Below, piece after piece: positions 29,581-39,375 of a stretch of 64,000 nt of DNA. The notes below the pieces were generated by a model, which worked only from the letters and a program-made list of their open reading frames with translations, ran no database searches and had not been told where the DNA came from. This DNA comes from Acidimicrobiia bacterium. Lineage in GTDB: Bacteria; Actinomycetota; Acidimicrobiia; Spongiisociales; ZC4RG35. The translations under genes were made by a program, and so were the position numbers. Numbering within the stretch: position 1 is the first letter of the stretch; the number at the start of each line of letters is the position of its first letter. The stretch lies in NCBI GenBank assembly GCA_965215185.1, contig OZ244034.1, positions 64,001-128,000 on the forward strand. Reading direction: 5' to 3'.

Positions 29581-30178
29581 GCGGTACCTCCGCGGGGGTC
29601 AGTCCCCTCTTGCTTGCATACTCCCACAACGCTTTTCGGAGCGTATTTCTTCCCCGATGCAACCGCGACATTACGGTTCCCATGGGAAGATCCAGCGTTT
29701 GGGCTATCTCTTTGTACGACAAACCCTCCACATCGGCCAGCAGCACCGGTATGCGATAGATGACCGGGAGGTCCTCGATCGCGTCTACAATGTCGGATTC
29801 GAAGATCTGCTCGATGATCTGATCCTCGGGCGCTCTGGCCCAGGATCGGACTTGCTCATAAGCGTTTGACCGGTAGGCCGTCAGTTCCCCGCCCTCATCA
29901 AATTCCGTTTCCATAGGGCGCCGGGAACGGCGGCGGTACTCGTTGATAAAGGTATTGGTGAGGATGCGAAACATCCACGCCCTGAGATTCGTTCCTTCTT
30001 GGAAAGTGTGATACCCCCGGAAGGCTCTCAACAGGGTCTCCTGCACGAGGTCTTCGGCATCGGCGCGGTTACGAGCCAGGCGAAGCCCCATTCCGTAAAG
30101 TTGAGGCACCAACCCCGCTACGTCATCCTGAAAACTGTCGCGATCCGCCACACCACCAACGGTAGCGACTCTCGACAT
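29573..30178 (-). CDS. ECF RNA polymerase sigma factor (SigH/SigR-like)
   Basis: DAEDLVQET, GTNLRAWMFRILTNTFINEYR, ADVEGLSYKEIA...GTVMSRLHRGR. Start uncertain. Confidence 0.92.
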   Translation of the reverse strand: MSRVATVGGVADRDSFQDDVAGLVPQLYGMGLRLARNRADAEDLVQETLLRAFRGYHTFQEGTNLRAWMFRILTNTFINEYRRRSRRPMETEFDEGGELTAYRSNAYEQVRSWARAPEDQIIEQIFESDIVDAIEDLPVIYRIPVLLADVEGLSYKEIAQTLDLPMGTVMSRLHRGRNTLRKALWEYASKRGLTPAEVPHV

Positions 30179-30666
30179 CCCCGACTCCGCTTTATGCGCC
30201 TCGGCGAGCGGCCAGAGGCGGCAGGTCCCCGGAGGTTCTTGATCCGGCGCCAAGCGCTTCAACTCCTGCTCCAAAGGGAGCCGAGGCTTTCAGCGAGACT
30301 GCCTTTGTTCACAAGACAACGGGACAACTACCGGTCATAAATGGATGATGAGGTACGGCAGAGCATCAGTTTTTGACCGGTGTTTCATTGAGCGACACAG
30401 GAAAAGGATCGCGAAAAGTTTCCTTGCGGGCTCTTCCCCACCGCCACTTTTCCATGGGTTGAACAAGCTACGCCCAGCCGGGTACAGGGCTTGTTTCATC
30501 AGAAAATATGATCCCTCAACGCGGCCCGAACGACGTCGGAACGAAACGCTCTTGGTGTTTGGCTTCTACCAATGTGCACTATCTGTGGGACAGTGTCAAT
30601 CCCCTGGCCGCCGGTTTCTTCCCAGTTCGGTGACGAAGTCGGCAGGAATAGCCGGAAAAAACACCC

Positions 30667-31464
30667 CTACCGATTTGGCCAGTTCTCTGTTCTCTCCAAC
30701 CTGTCCAGCAGCTTTCCCAGCGTCGCAATGGAGTCCACCACCGCATCAGGCGCGGGGGAGGAGGGGGGAGTTGCGGTGACTCCGGTGAGGGCCAACACCG
30801 AATACCAGCCCGCGTTGGCGGCCATTTGCAGATCCGTATCGGGTCGGTCTCCCACCATTATCACTTTGGAGGAAGAGAGGTGTTCGCTGATCAGGCGGAT
30901 CATGGATGGATAAGGTTTGCCCGCTGCCTGGGCACGCTGACCGGTGGCGTACTCGACGGCCGCCACCACCGCTCCGGCCGCTGGCCAGATTCCATCGTCG
31001 GTGGGAAAGCTGCGGTCGGTGTTAGTGGCGATCAGCCTGGCGCCCGCCCATACCGCCCGGCAGACGTCACGCAGCCGTTCGTAGGAAAGGTTTGGCGGGA
31101 AACCCACCAAAGCGGCGCCCGCTTTCCGCCAGTCTTCCACTACTTCCACGCCGATTGCTTCTAGAGCCTCCACTATTCCTTGCCCGCCCAGAATCACCGA
31201 AGGAGGGCGGTCCGGAAGCAAAAGGCGGGCGGCTGCCATCGCCGAGGTGAATACCTGGTCGACCCGGGCCGAATAGCCGGTGGCGTGAAGGATTTTCTGG
31301 GCCACTGCCGAACGGGTACGACTGGAGTTGTTTGTGCAGAACAGCACCTGATAGCCCCTCTGCTCTATCTCGGTCAAGGTCTTCCCTGCCCCAGGTACCC
31401 CTTTGTTGCCGAGGTAGACGACACCGTCGAGGTCGAAGATCACCGTGCCGGCTGCGGTGTTCAC
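30667..31464 (-). CDS. HAD-IIA (NagD-like) hydrolase
   Basis: FDLDGV, TNNS, ATNTD, GKP, MVGDRPDTD; start at the GTGA overlap with the NUDIX stop. Confidence 0.92.
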   Translation of the reverse strand: MNTAAGTVIFDLDGVVYLGNKGVPGAGKTLTEIEQRGYQVLFCTNNSSRTRSAVAQKILHATGYSARVDQVFTSAMAAARLLLPDRPPSVILGGQGIVEALEAIGVEVVEDWRKAGAALVGFPPNLSYERLRDVCRAVWAGARLIATNTDRSFPTDDGIWPAAGAVVAAVEYATGQRAQAAGKPYPSMIRLISEHLSSSKVIMVGDRPDTDLQMAANAGWYSVLALTGVTATPPSSPAPDAVVDSIATLGKLLDRLERTENWPNR

Positions 31465-31883
31465 AAGGTATTCAGCAGGCAGATCATGGAAGGAACCAAC
31501 GGGTAATCTCGGATTGTCTCCAAAGGGACCCAACGAATGTCGGCTGCGTCGTCACCGGCTTGGAGTTTTCCTCCCACCACTTCAGCCCAAAAGTCGACCA
31601 AGGCGAAATGCCAGGCCGGTGGCGACCTCGGATCCACCGCCTCACCGGCCCAGGCCACCGGGCCTATTTTCACCTCCAGGCCGGTCTCCTCCCGAGCTTC
31701 CCGCCGGGCCGCTTCCCGCCAAGTTTCCCCCCACCGGACTTTGCCGCCCGGCACCGCCCACTGTCCGATTCCCACCCCCTGGCCGCGCTGCACGATCAGC
31801 AATCTATTCCGGTCATCCACGATCACCACCCCCACCCCCGGTATTGGGCTACGCGTCTTCGATCTCCCCACAGGCGCCATCAC
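31461..31883 (-). CDS. NUDIX hydrolase
   Basis: Nudix box PGGKVRWGETWREAARREAREETGL; AGDDA. Confidence 0.92.
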   Translation of the reverse strand: MMAPVGRSKTRSPIPGVGVVIVDDRNRLLIVQRGQGVGIGQWAVPGGKVRWGETWREAARREAREETGLEVKIGPVAWAGEAVDPRSPPAWHFALVDFWAEVVGGKLQAGDDAADIRWVPLETIRDYPLVPSMICLLNTL

Positions 31884-31947
31884 CGGACCGGTTGGGTGAT
31901 GGCGCGACCCGGATTGCCGCCTACCAGAGAACGCATGGGGGCGCTTG

Positions 31948-32316
31948 TCAAAGACAGTCGGTGCAGATGCTGGACCTGGGAGAGGATTTTTGGGTAATTC
32001 TCTTCACCAGAAAACAATTGTTGCACAGGAACTCGTTTTGGCGAATGGCATGGTCGTCGGGGTTAATGGAGAGTTCCTCGCGACGAAAGTGTGCCACTTC
32101 CCTGGCCTGTTCGGAGGTGAGGATCTTTTCGTTCACCCCTTCTTCCACCATGTTCAGTTCTTCGACCTCTAAGCCGGAAAGCTCGTCGTCGTCTTCGTCG
32201 TCGTCTTCCGAGACGATGTCGTCTGTGAACTCGTCTTCCGACTCGAGCTCGTCGTCGAGGTCAGAGTCGAGTTCCTCCTCCTGAAAATCTTCTTCAAATA
32301 CCGAAGCTTTGCTCAC
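31948..32316 (-). CDS. DUF4193-like acidic protein
   Basis: Asp/Glu-rich N-terminus, EFLCNNCFLVK and C-terminal CTDC. Confidence 0.8.
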   Translation of the reverse strand: MSKASVFEEDFQEEELDSDLDDELESEDEFTDDIVSEDDDEDDDELSGLEVEELNMVEEGVNEKILTSEQAREVAHFRREELSINPDDHAIRQNEFLCNNCFLVKRITQKSSPRSSICTDCL

Positions 32317-32463
32317 AGTGATAGCGAACTCCTATTAATTAAGAACGGTTGAGCCCCTTGGAAACGGGGCGAAAGTATAGACCGGCGGATTTGTCATTGG
32401 TGGAATATCTCCTTGTTTTTTGCAACTCGCGTTGATCAGAGGTTTATTCCTCACTTTGACCCG

Positions 32464-35013
32464 CTAATGGTGGAGGTGAGAGGCTACCACGCCTCGGTCG
32501 ATGCGACTCAGGGCGGAGTGTGCGGAATCCGACATGCCGGGGAAGGCATCCCGAAGCTGCTTCAGCAGGTCGACCAACTGACGAGCGGTTCTGACGAAGT
32601 CTCCGGGGGTTTGTCCGCTTTCCACCATATCCGCCAAGGAGGAGCCTTTTGCCCACCGGTACATATCCCCGGCGCAACCGGGTTCGGGAAACCCGGTGGG
32701 CCCGATTCGGTGGGCCAACTCGGCCCGGTTCAGATTCTCTGAAAGTTCAAGCAACCTTTGCCAGCGGTTGGCCAATCGGGCGGTGGGCCAGGGAGTTGAA
32801 GGAGGAGAGGACTTGCGTGGATCGTAGACAAAGACCGATCCGAATGCGGCGGTCTCCTCGGGGCTTAGGTTGAGAAAAAGTCCTCTGATCACCGACTCGG
32901 AGACCAGTATGTCCCGTTCGTTGTAGATCAGTCGGAGCCGTTCTCCGGCGGGGGTGACGCTCCATCCCATCAAATAGCCCCATTCTTCCATCAGGCTGCG
33001 TACTGACGCGAACCGTCTCTCCATGCCGATCGTGGCCCAAGCCCCGTCCTTCTGCAGATGGGTTAGACGACGTCGGGCGCGGATCGCTTTTCGGGCATGG
33101 CGAAGATGCCAATCCAGTTCGGGACAGTTTGCAACTGGATGGTCATTCAGTTCGATCCCGGGTGTGGACCCGGAAGGGGCCCGGGCGTTGGCCGGTAAGC
33201 GGCGCAGCCGAGCCGACATTTCTCGTTGAAGAGCCCGGCGGTCGGAGTGGCGACGTTTGGGGACAGCGATGTGACCCGACCGGGCGGTTCCCTCCACCAT
33301 CTCCCGTGATCCCAGTGAGAGAGTACCGCCCGACTCCGACACGGCCAGCACCCTGGGCGACTTGGAGCGCCGGGCGACTCTGTGCAAGACGACGTAGCGA
33401 CCGGATCGGGGACCGGAGGGGATCTCGAACACGTCCCCGGCCTGCAACGTGGTGACCATGGATCCGGCGGATTGCTTACCCTTGCGTTGCATCTCAAGGT
33501 ATTCGAAGACCGACCCCAGCTCGCATTCACTGTTTCGCTCTTCCTGGTCGAGTCGTTGGGCAAGCTCTGCCGACAGTCGTTTTTCCGCCTCCAGCCGAGC
33601 GGTCTGCTGATAGTTGGCGAAAGAAGCCGACAGCAGGTCGCCGGCCCTCTCCTCCGGATAATTGGCTACCAGGTTGGCGACCATGTTGTAGGTAATGCGG
33701 AAGCTGGATAAGAGCGGATGGGCGCCGGTCCCCGCTGCTTTCACCACTTCATGAAAGGGGACATACCGGGAATACAGCACCACTCCGAAGCCTTCGGTAT
33801 CTATGCCCCGTCGACCCGCCCGACCGGTGAGTTGGGTGTAGTCTCCCGGGTCCAATGCCTGATGGGTTTCCCCGGTGAATTTGGTGAGCGATTCGAGCAC
33901 CACGGTCCGGGCGGGCATGTTGATACCCAACGCCAGAGTTTCGGTGGCGAAAACTATTCCCAGAAGACCGGCCGCGAACAGTTTTTCCGTCGCCTCCTTA
34001 AAGGCAGGGACCATTCCGGCGTGGTGGGCTGCGATGCCCGCTTCCAATCGATTCACCCAACCCGGATAATCAAGGGCTTCCAGATCTTGCTCGGAGAGAT
34101 GAGCGGTGTGAGCCTCGGCCACTGAACGGATGGTATGGACGTGCTCCGGCGGTGTCAGCCGGATTCCGGCATTGGCTACCATGGCGGCAGCCTGTTCACA
34201 ACCGGCCCGGGAGAAAATGAAATATATGGCAGGGAGAAGGCCTTCTGCGGACAATGTCTCCACCACCTGGGTCCGGCGCGGCGCGGCGAATCTTCTTCGG
34301 TTGCGTCCGCTCGACAACAGCATCGAAATGCGCGGATTAGGTTTTTTCCTCCCTTCCAGTTGTACGAAGGTGGGCAATAGCCGCAATTGGTCAGGGCCCC
34401 AGCGATCACGCAGCGCGTAATAGTCGCGGAGAGGAACGGGTCGCTGTTTGGCCCGCACCAGCCGGGTTTCCCCTCGACATTGAGTGACCCATTCTGCGAA
34501 TTCGGAGGCGTTGGAGACTGTCGCGGAAAGACACACGATCTGCAAGGATGGGGGTGCGTGAATCATTATTTCTTCCCACACCGCCCCTCGAGACCGATCA
34601 GCCAGGTAATGCACCTCGTCCAAGATGGCCACCGCCACCCCCGACAGACGCTCCGGATCGGTGTAGAGCATGTTGCGCAGTACCTCGGCGGTCATCACAA
34701 CCACCGGGGCGTCCCCTCGTATGACGTTGTCTCCGGTTAGTAGACCTACTTTGTCCTTGCCATAGAAGTTGCATAAATCGCTGTACTTTTGGTTGGAGAG
34801 AGCTTTGATCGGAGTGGTATAGAAGGAGCGAAGCCCTTTGGTCAACGCCAGGTGGATGGCAACTTCGGCCACCAGGGTTTTACCCGCCCCGGTGGGAGCG
34901 GTTACCACGATGCTCAATCCTTCTTCCAGCGCCCAGGCCGCCTCGGTCTGAAATGGATCCGGTTCAAAGGGCAAACTATCCAAAAACAGGCGGCTGACCG
35001 GCGCCCGGCTCAT
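32464..35013 (-). CDS. helY: Ski2-like DEAD/DEAH-box helicase
   Basis: APTGAGKT, PIKALSNQK, DEVH, LSAT, HHAG, GINMPA, QLTGRAGRRG; next to tatC. Confidence 0.92.
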   Translation of the reverse strand: MSRAPVSRLFLDSLPFEPDPFQTEAAWALEEGLSIVVTAPTGAGKTLVAEVAIHLALTKGLRSFYTTPIKALSNQKYSDLCNFYGKDKVGLLTGDNVIRGDAPVVVMTAEVLRNMLYTDPERLSGVAVAILDEVHYLADRSRGAVWEEIMIHAPPSLQIVCLSATVSNASEFAEWVTQCRGETRLVRAKQRPVPLRDYYALRDRWGPDQLRLLPTFVQLEGRKKPNPRISMLLSSGRNRRRFAAPRRTQVVETLSAEGLLPAIYFIFSRAGCEQAAAMVANAGIRLTPPEHVHTIRSVAEAHTAHLSEQDLEALDYPGWVNRLEAGIAAHHAGMVPAFKEATEKLFAAGLLGIVFATETLALGINMPARTVVLESLTKFTGETHQALDPGDYTQLTGRAGRRGIDTEGFGVVLYSRYVPFHEVVKAAGTGAHPLLSSFRITYNMVANLVANYPEERAGDLLSASFANYQQTARLEAEKRLSAELAQRLDQEERNSECELGSVFEYLEMQRKGKQSAGSMVTTLQAGDVFEIPSGPRSGRYVVLHRVARRSKSPRVLAVSESGGTLSLGSREMVEGTARSGHIAVPKRRHSDRRALQREMSARLRRLPANARAPSGSTPGIELNDHPVANCPELDWHLRHARKAIRARRRLTHLQKDGAWATIGMERRFASVRSLMEEWGYLMGWSVTPAGERLRLIYNERDILVSESVIRGLFLNLSPEETAAFGSVFVYDPRKSSPPSTPWPTARLANRWQRLLELSENLNRAELAHRIGPTGFPEPGCAGDMYRWAKGSSLADMVESGQTPGDFVRTARQLVDLLKQLRDAFPGMSDSAHSALSRIDRGVVASHLHH

Positions 35014-35729
35014 TTTCTCAACACCAGCCGGACTAGCCAGTAGGTGATCTCATAGAAGGCGTAGAGGGGTACCGACAACATCGCCAGGGTGAGTACGTCC
35101 CCGGTGGGGGTGATGATGGCGGCCCCTGTCACCACTAACAGCACCGCCCATCTGCGTCCCCGGGCCAGCTGCTTGGAAGTCACCAGATTGGCGGCCGCAG
35201 CTGTGAACAGAAATACCGGATAAAGGAAGGAAAGGCCGAAAGCCAACAGGAAGCGAATGACGAAAGAAAAGTAGTCGGTGAGCCGGAGGTTGTTCGCCAC
35301 ATCTTCGAAAATCCCCAGCAGAAATGCCAGTCCCCGCCCCATGGTCTGATAGCCAACCGCCACGCCCGCACAGAACAGGACCGTGCATGAGATCACGATC
35401 GGAATTGCCCACTTCTTCTCCCGACGGGTCAGGGCGGGAGTGATGAACATCCACACCTGGTAGATCACTACCGGGGTGGCCAGAACCCCCCCGCCGAAGA
35501 AGGCGATCTTCATCAACACGGAGAACTCCTCGGTGGGAGCCAGCACCTGCAGGGTGTTATCTTCTCCGGGAAAGGCACGGTCATAAGGGATCTGAAGGAT
35601 GTCCTTTATATAGGTGCCGAAAATCAGGGCAATAGTCGATCCGATCAGAATTGCGACGGCCGATTTGACCAGTCTCCACCGTAACTCGTTGAGGTGGGTG
35701 AGAAGGGGTTGGCGACCCTCCTCGCTCAT
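35010..35729 (-). CDS. tatC: Twin-arginine translocase subunit TatC
   Basis: HLNELRWRL, YQVWMFITPAL..REK, AIITPTGD, LYAFYE. Confidence 0.95.
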   Translation of the reverse strand: MSEEGRQPLLTHLNELRWRLVKSAVAILIGSTIALIFGTYIKDILQIPYDRAFPGEDNTLQVLAPTEEFSVLMKIAFFGGGVLATPVVIYQVWMFITPALTRREKKWAIPIVISCTVLFCAGVAVGYQTMGRGLAFLLGIFEDVANNLRLTDYFSFVIRFLLAFGLSFLYPVFLFTAAAANLVTSKQLARGRRWAVLLVVTGAAIITPTGDVLTLAMLSVPLYAFYEITYWLVRLVLRK

Positions 35730-36223
35730 GATTCCGTATCCGGACGGGACGTCTCATCGGACACCGTGGACGACCCTTCATCAGGGGAGGCCGTGCTCGA
35801 GTCGAGCCGGGTCTCGGTTGGGACCGAGGCTGCTGACTCGACCTGGCCGGTTTGTTCGGCCTGCGGGGGATCTGTGTCCGGTTCCGGATGGTCGGGTGAC
35901 TTGGAAGCGGATCGCTCCGCTCCCGGTTTGGTGTCGCTGGGCTGGGCCAGTGGCGGAGGCAAACGCAGAGCCTGTTCCGATTCGGCGAGAGATTTGTGCA
36001 GATCCTGGCTGGCTTCCTTGGTGGAGGCCATCACATCCTTGGCCGCCTCTTTCATTTCTTCCAAAGCCAATTCCTGTTCGAGTCCTTGACGCAACTCCCG
36101 GGCGGCCAGCCTGAATTCCGCCATGATCTTTCCAGCCTTGCGGGCCATGGTGGGCAGCCGGTGTGGACCGAATACCACCATGGCTACTACCAGGATTACA
36201 AAGACCTCACTCCACTCAGGCAT
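35726..36223 (-). CDS. tatB: Twin-arginine translocase subunit TatB
   Basis: EVFVILVVAMVVFGPHRLP, amphipathic helix, long disordered tail. Confidence 0.85.
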   Translation of the reverse strand: MPEWSEVFVILVVAMVVFGPHRLPTMARKAGKIMAEFRLAARELRQGLEQELALEEMKEAAKDVMASTKEASQDLHKSLAESEQALRLPPPLAQPSDTKPGAERSASKSPDHPEPDTDPPQAEQTGQVESAASVPTETRLDSSTASPDEGSSTVSDETSRPDTES

Positions 36224-36360
36224 CGAATTCCCAATGGTATAGCATCTGGGGAGCCGTTCTGGACTGTGCCGCGGGGCCCGCCGGGCATTTTTTGTTCATC
36301 GGTTGAGGACGGCCTCCTATCACCTATGCGATAGGGAATGGCTCTGTTGGCCAGGCCCGG

Positions 36361-37128
36361 TTAATGCCCCGACCACACCGCGGCTCGCTTCCCAACGAAG
36401 GCGCTGATACCCTCCTGGGCGTCATCGGTGAGCAGGGTGGCGGTCAGCCCGCCGGCAAGATAGTCCAGTGCTGCGTCGATTCCCAGATCGGTCACCATCC
36501 AGAAAGTGTCCTTTCCCAGTTGCAATGTGGCTGGGCTCTGGGCGGTTAGGGCTTTCACCGTCTCTGAGACGGCATGGTCGAGCTGATCCTTTTCTACCAC
36601 CCTCGAGACCGCTCCCAATGCAAACGCCTCGGTTGGGGTCAGCAGTTTTCCGGTCATCATCATCTCCAGCAACGGCCGGCGGGGAATAGTCCGGGCCAGC
36701 ACGGCCGAAATGAGCATCGGCCATACCCCTACTCGCACCTCGGGGGTCCCCAGCTTGGCCCCTTCCACGCATATGACTATGTCACAGGCGCACATAAGTC
36801 CGAAACCTCCTCCCAGCGCATGCCCGTTCACCCTGGCGACGGTTGGTTTTCCTCCCCGGATCATCAACCGGAAAAGGTCAGCCAGAGCCCCCCGCTGGCG
36901 GTGCATGCCCACCGGATCGTCGAAGATTCCCCCGTCCAGGTCCGCCCCGGCGCAGAAAGCCCTTTCTCCCGCCCCGGTATAGACCAGCACCCGAACTTGG
37001 GGATCTTCCACAGCCTTGCGGGTACCGGTCAGGAGAGCTTCCAGGGTTTTCACCGAGAGCGGATTCATGCGATGTGGTTGGTCGATGGTGAGGGTGGCCC
37101 GCCCGTCGCTCACTTCATATCGGACCAT
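36361..37128 (-). CDS. Enoyl-CoA hydratase/isomerase family protein
   Basis: AFCAGADL, KPTVARVNGHALGGG, GTPEVRVG, DAQEGISAF. Confidence 0.92.
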   Translation of the reverse strand: MVRYEVSDGRATLTIDQPHRMNPLSVKTLEALLTGTRKAVEDPQVRVLVYTGAGERAFCAGADLDGGIFDDPVGMHRQRGALADLFRLMIRGGKPTVARVNGHALGGGFGLMCACDIVICVEGAKLGTPEVRVGVWPMLISAVLARTIPRRPLLEMMMTGKLLTPTEAFALGAVSRVVEKDQLDHAVSETVKALTAQSPATLQLGKDTFWMVTDLGIDAALDYLAGGLTATLLTDDAQEGISAFVGKRAAVWSGH

Positions 37129-37356
37129 GATGCGCCTTTCCGGTAGGTATTTTGGACTACGTGTCCTCAGTATGCCCTGTTGAAGTCGAAGGCGGGAACT
37201 CCACGGCCGGCGGGAAGGGAGGGTTGCCCGATGACGGTAGTCTTAATCGCAGTGGGTAAGGGGAAAAGGCCAACAGGCGGGGCGGGAGCGCTTCGGTCAT
37301 GAGCCGTACTTGTGAACCGCCGCTGTAAACGATCATATTGGAGGTAGCCGAGTCAA

Positions 37357-38016
37357 ATGGCATTGATAATGCTGGTCAGACATGGTCGGACATCCGGCAA
37401 TTCGAGCGGCCGGTTCGTAGGGCAGTACGACGAAGGTCTCGATGAGGCGGGACGGCAGCAGGCTTTGTTGTTGGTTCCCAGGCTGATGGGATTTGGACCG
37501 GATCGAGTGATCTCCAGCGACCTGGGGCGATGCACTCAAACCATGGAGCCTTTCGCAGCCGAGGCGGGGATGCAGATCGAAACCGATCCCCGTTTGCGGG
37601 AAGTGAGCGATGGGGAGTGGACCAACCGTACCCAGGAAGAACTATGGCAGGGTTGGCCCGATTTGATGAGGCGCTACAGCCAGGGCGAGGACGTACCCCG
37701 TCCGGCAGGCGAACGGTGGGGGGATGTGCGTGGACGGGTGATGGCGTCCCTGAGTCAGATCATCTCTGACATGGGTTCTGAGCAAAAAGTGATTATCTGC
37801 ACCCACGCCGGCCCAATCCTCCTGATTTCCTCCTGGGTAGCCCGCATAGATCTACCCGGCAACATCTTCCTGGGGCCCATCCAGCCTCCGGGTAATGCTG
37901 CGGTAACCCTTTTCGACCCCCACCGGCCCACATTGGTCAGCTACAACGAAACCTGCCACCTCTCACCGGGATACCGCGTTCTGGATCAACAGTCTCGAGT
38001 GACTCCCATCCGTTGA
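37357..38016 (+). CDS. Histidine phosphatase family protein
   Basis: RHG.T, SSDLGRC.QT, LRE...GEW, THAG, N...HL. Confidence 0.9.
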   Translation: MALIMLVRHGRTSGNSSGRFVGQYDEGLDEAGRQQALLLVPRLMGFGPDRVISSDLGRCTQTMEPFAAEAGMQIETDPRLREVSDGEWTNRTQEELWQGWPDLMRRYSQGEDVPRPAGERWGDVRGRVMASLSQIISDMGSEQKVIICTHAGPILLISSWVARIDLPGNIFLGPIQPPGNAAVTLFDPHRPTLVSYNETCHLSPGYRVLDQQSRVTPIR

Positions 38017-38017
38017 A

Positions 38018-39043
38018 TCAGCCGGAGGACTCTTTGATTTCGGCGGCCAGTCGCGTCCACTCCTCATCGGTGAAGATGGCGTCGCCCGCCATGCTGTAGA
38101 TCCCCACTCGCTGAACCTTCCCCTCGTAGCGGGAAACTATCCGGGCGGCCAGTTCATCCAGAGGAGCCACCACCGCTACTTCGTGAAGGACCTCGTCGGG
38201 GATGACGTCCGCCATTTGCTTCCACTCTCCCCTTTTGCTCATGGCGTTGAGGGTGGGACCGAACTCCCATCCGTGGCTGTCCAGGATCGGCGCGTAGCTG
38301 GGCGTGGAGGCATAGAAGGCAATCTGCTCTTTCACCGGGCGAACGAGACGTTCCATCTCCCGCTCATTGCGCCCGGTCACCACGAACACCGGGGCGGCCA
38401 ACTCCACGTCGTCGATGGAGCGTCCATTGGCTGCCGCGCCTTCCGCCATAGCGGGCATCACCACCTTGTCAAGATATGTGAGGGTGTGGAAGGGATGGAT
38501 ATGAAACCCGTCACAGATTTCGCCCGCCAGTCTGCTCAGCATTGGCCCAACCCCGGCGATATACACCGGAATCTCCGGTTGTTGGTTGGGACCGGGAGTA
38601 AAGAACGGAGTCATGAGCGTTAGTTGATAGAAATCTCCCTGGTACCGCAGCCTGGTCCCGTTCTGGAAACAATCCCACACCGCGCGGACCGCCCCGATGT
38701 AATCGCGCAGCCGGGCGGTGGGGTGGAACCATTCCGTGGAGAATCGGCGGGTTATGTGGGGCCTGATCTGGGTGCCGAGTCCCAGAAGGAACTTGCCGTT
38801 CGCCACTATTTGCATGTCCCAGGCCAGCTGCGCCATCACCATCGGCGACCGCGGAAAGGCCAAGGTGATAGCGGTTCCCACCTCCAACCCGGCCTCGGCC
38901 TGGGATGCCAGGCACATGGACAGAAACGGCTCATGGCCGGTTTCGGCGGTGAAAAACCCCTCGTATCCGATCCGAGCTGCCCGGCGGGCGAATTTGGGGG
39001 CGGCCGTGGGCGGAAGGTTGGGAAAGTAATAGTCGAATTTCAT
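38018..39043 (-). CDS. LLM-class F420-dependent oxidoreductase
   Basis: AETGHEPF, AFPRSPM, LGLGTQIRPHI.RRFS, FYASTPSY. Confidence 0.9.
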   Translation of the reverse strand: MKFDYYFPNLPPTAAPKFARRAARIGYEGFFTAETGHEPFLSMCLASQAEAGLEVGTAITLAFPRSPMVMAQLAWDMQIVANGKFLLGLGTQIRPHITRRFSTEWFHPTARLRDYIGAVRAVWDCFQNGTRLRYQGDFYQLTLMTPFFTPGPNQQPEIPVYIAGVGPMLSRLAGEICDGFHIHPFHTLTYLDKVVMPAMAEGAAANGRSIDDVELAAPVFVVTGRNEREMERLVRPVKEQIAFYASTPSYAPILDSHGWEFGPTLNAMSKRGEWKQMADVIPDEVLHEVAVVAPLDELAARIVSRYEGKVQRVGIYSMAGDAIFTDEEWTRLAAEIKESSG

Positions 39044-39100
39044 GGTCTGTGACTTTCTCCGGTTGATTGCACCAGCATTGACATTAGACTGACACTTGTT

Positions 39101-39355
39101 ATGAGACGAGCCTTCAAACTAGCGGTGATGGTGGGAGGAATTGGTGCGTTGGCTTGGGGTATGCGCAAGAAGGTCCGCATCGCAATCGGCAGAGGGGATG
39201 GGTCCGACCCCGATTACCGCATTATCAACCCGGCACCGGATACTGCTGTTGGCGAGGGGGGCGACGAAGCGGAGGCGGATGGGAGTCCGGCCCCGTCGCA
39301 GGACTCGGATCTCGATCAAGACCTAGAGCCAGACGCCAAAAACGGCGTCGACTGA
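39101..39355 (+). CDS. Small membrane-anchored hypothetical protein
   Basis: N-terminal hydrophobic stretch and acidic tail; fills the gap before rlmN. Confidence 0.5.
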   Translation: MRRAFKLAVMVGGIGALAWGMRKKVRIAIGRGDGSDPDYRIINPAPDTAVGEGGDEAEADGSPAPSQDSDLDQDLEPDAKNGVD

Positions 39356-39375
39356 TCTCCGACCCGACTGCCGTC

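Noticed and set aside
37140-37356. 68-aa ORF or structured RNA between the enoyl-CoA hydratase and the phosphatase
   Set aside because: No recognisable motif, RBS or convincing stems; most likely a divergent promoter region
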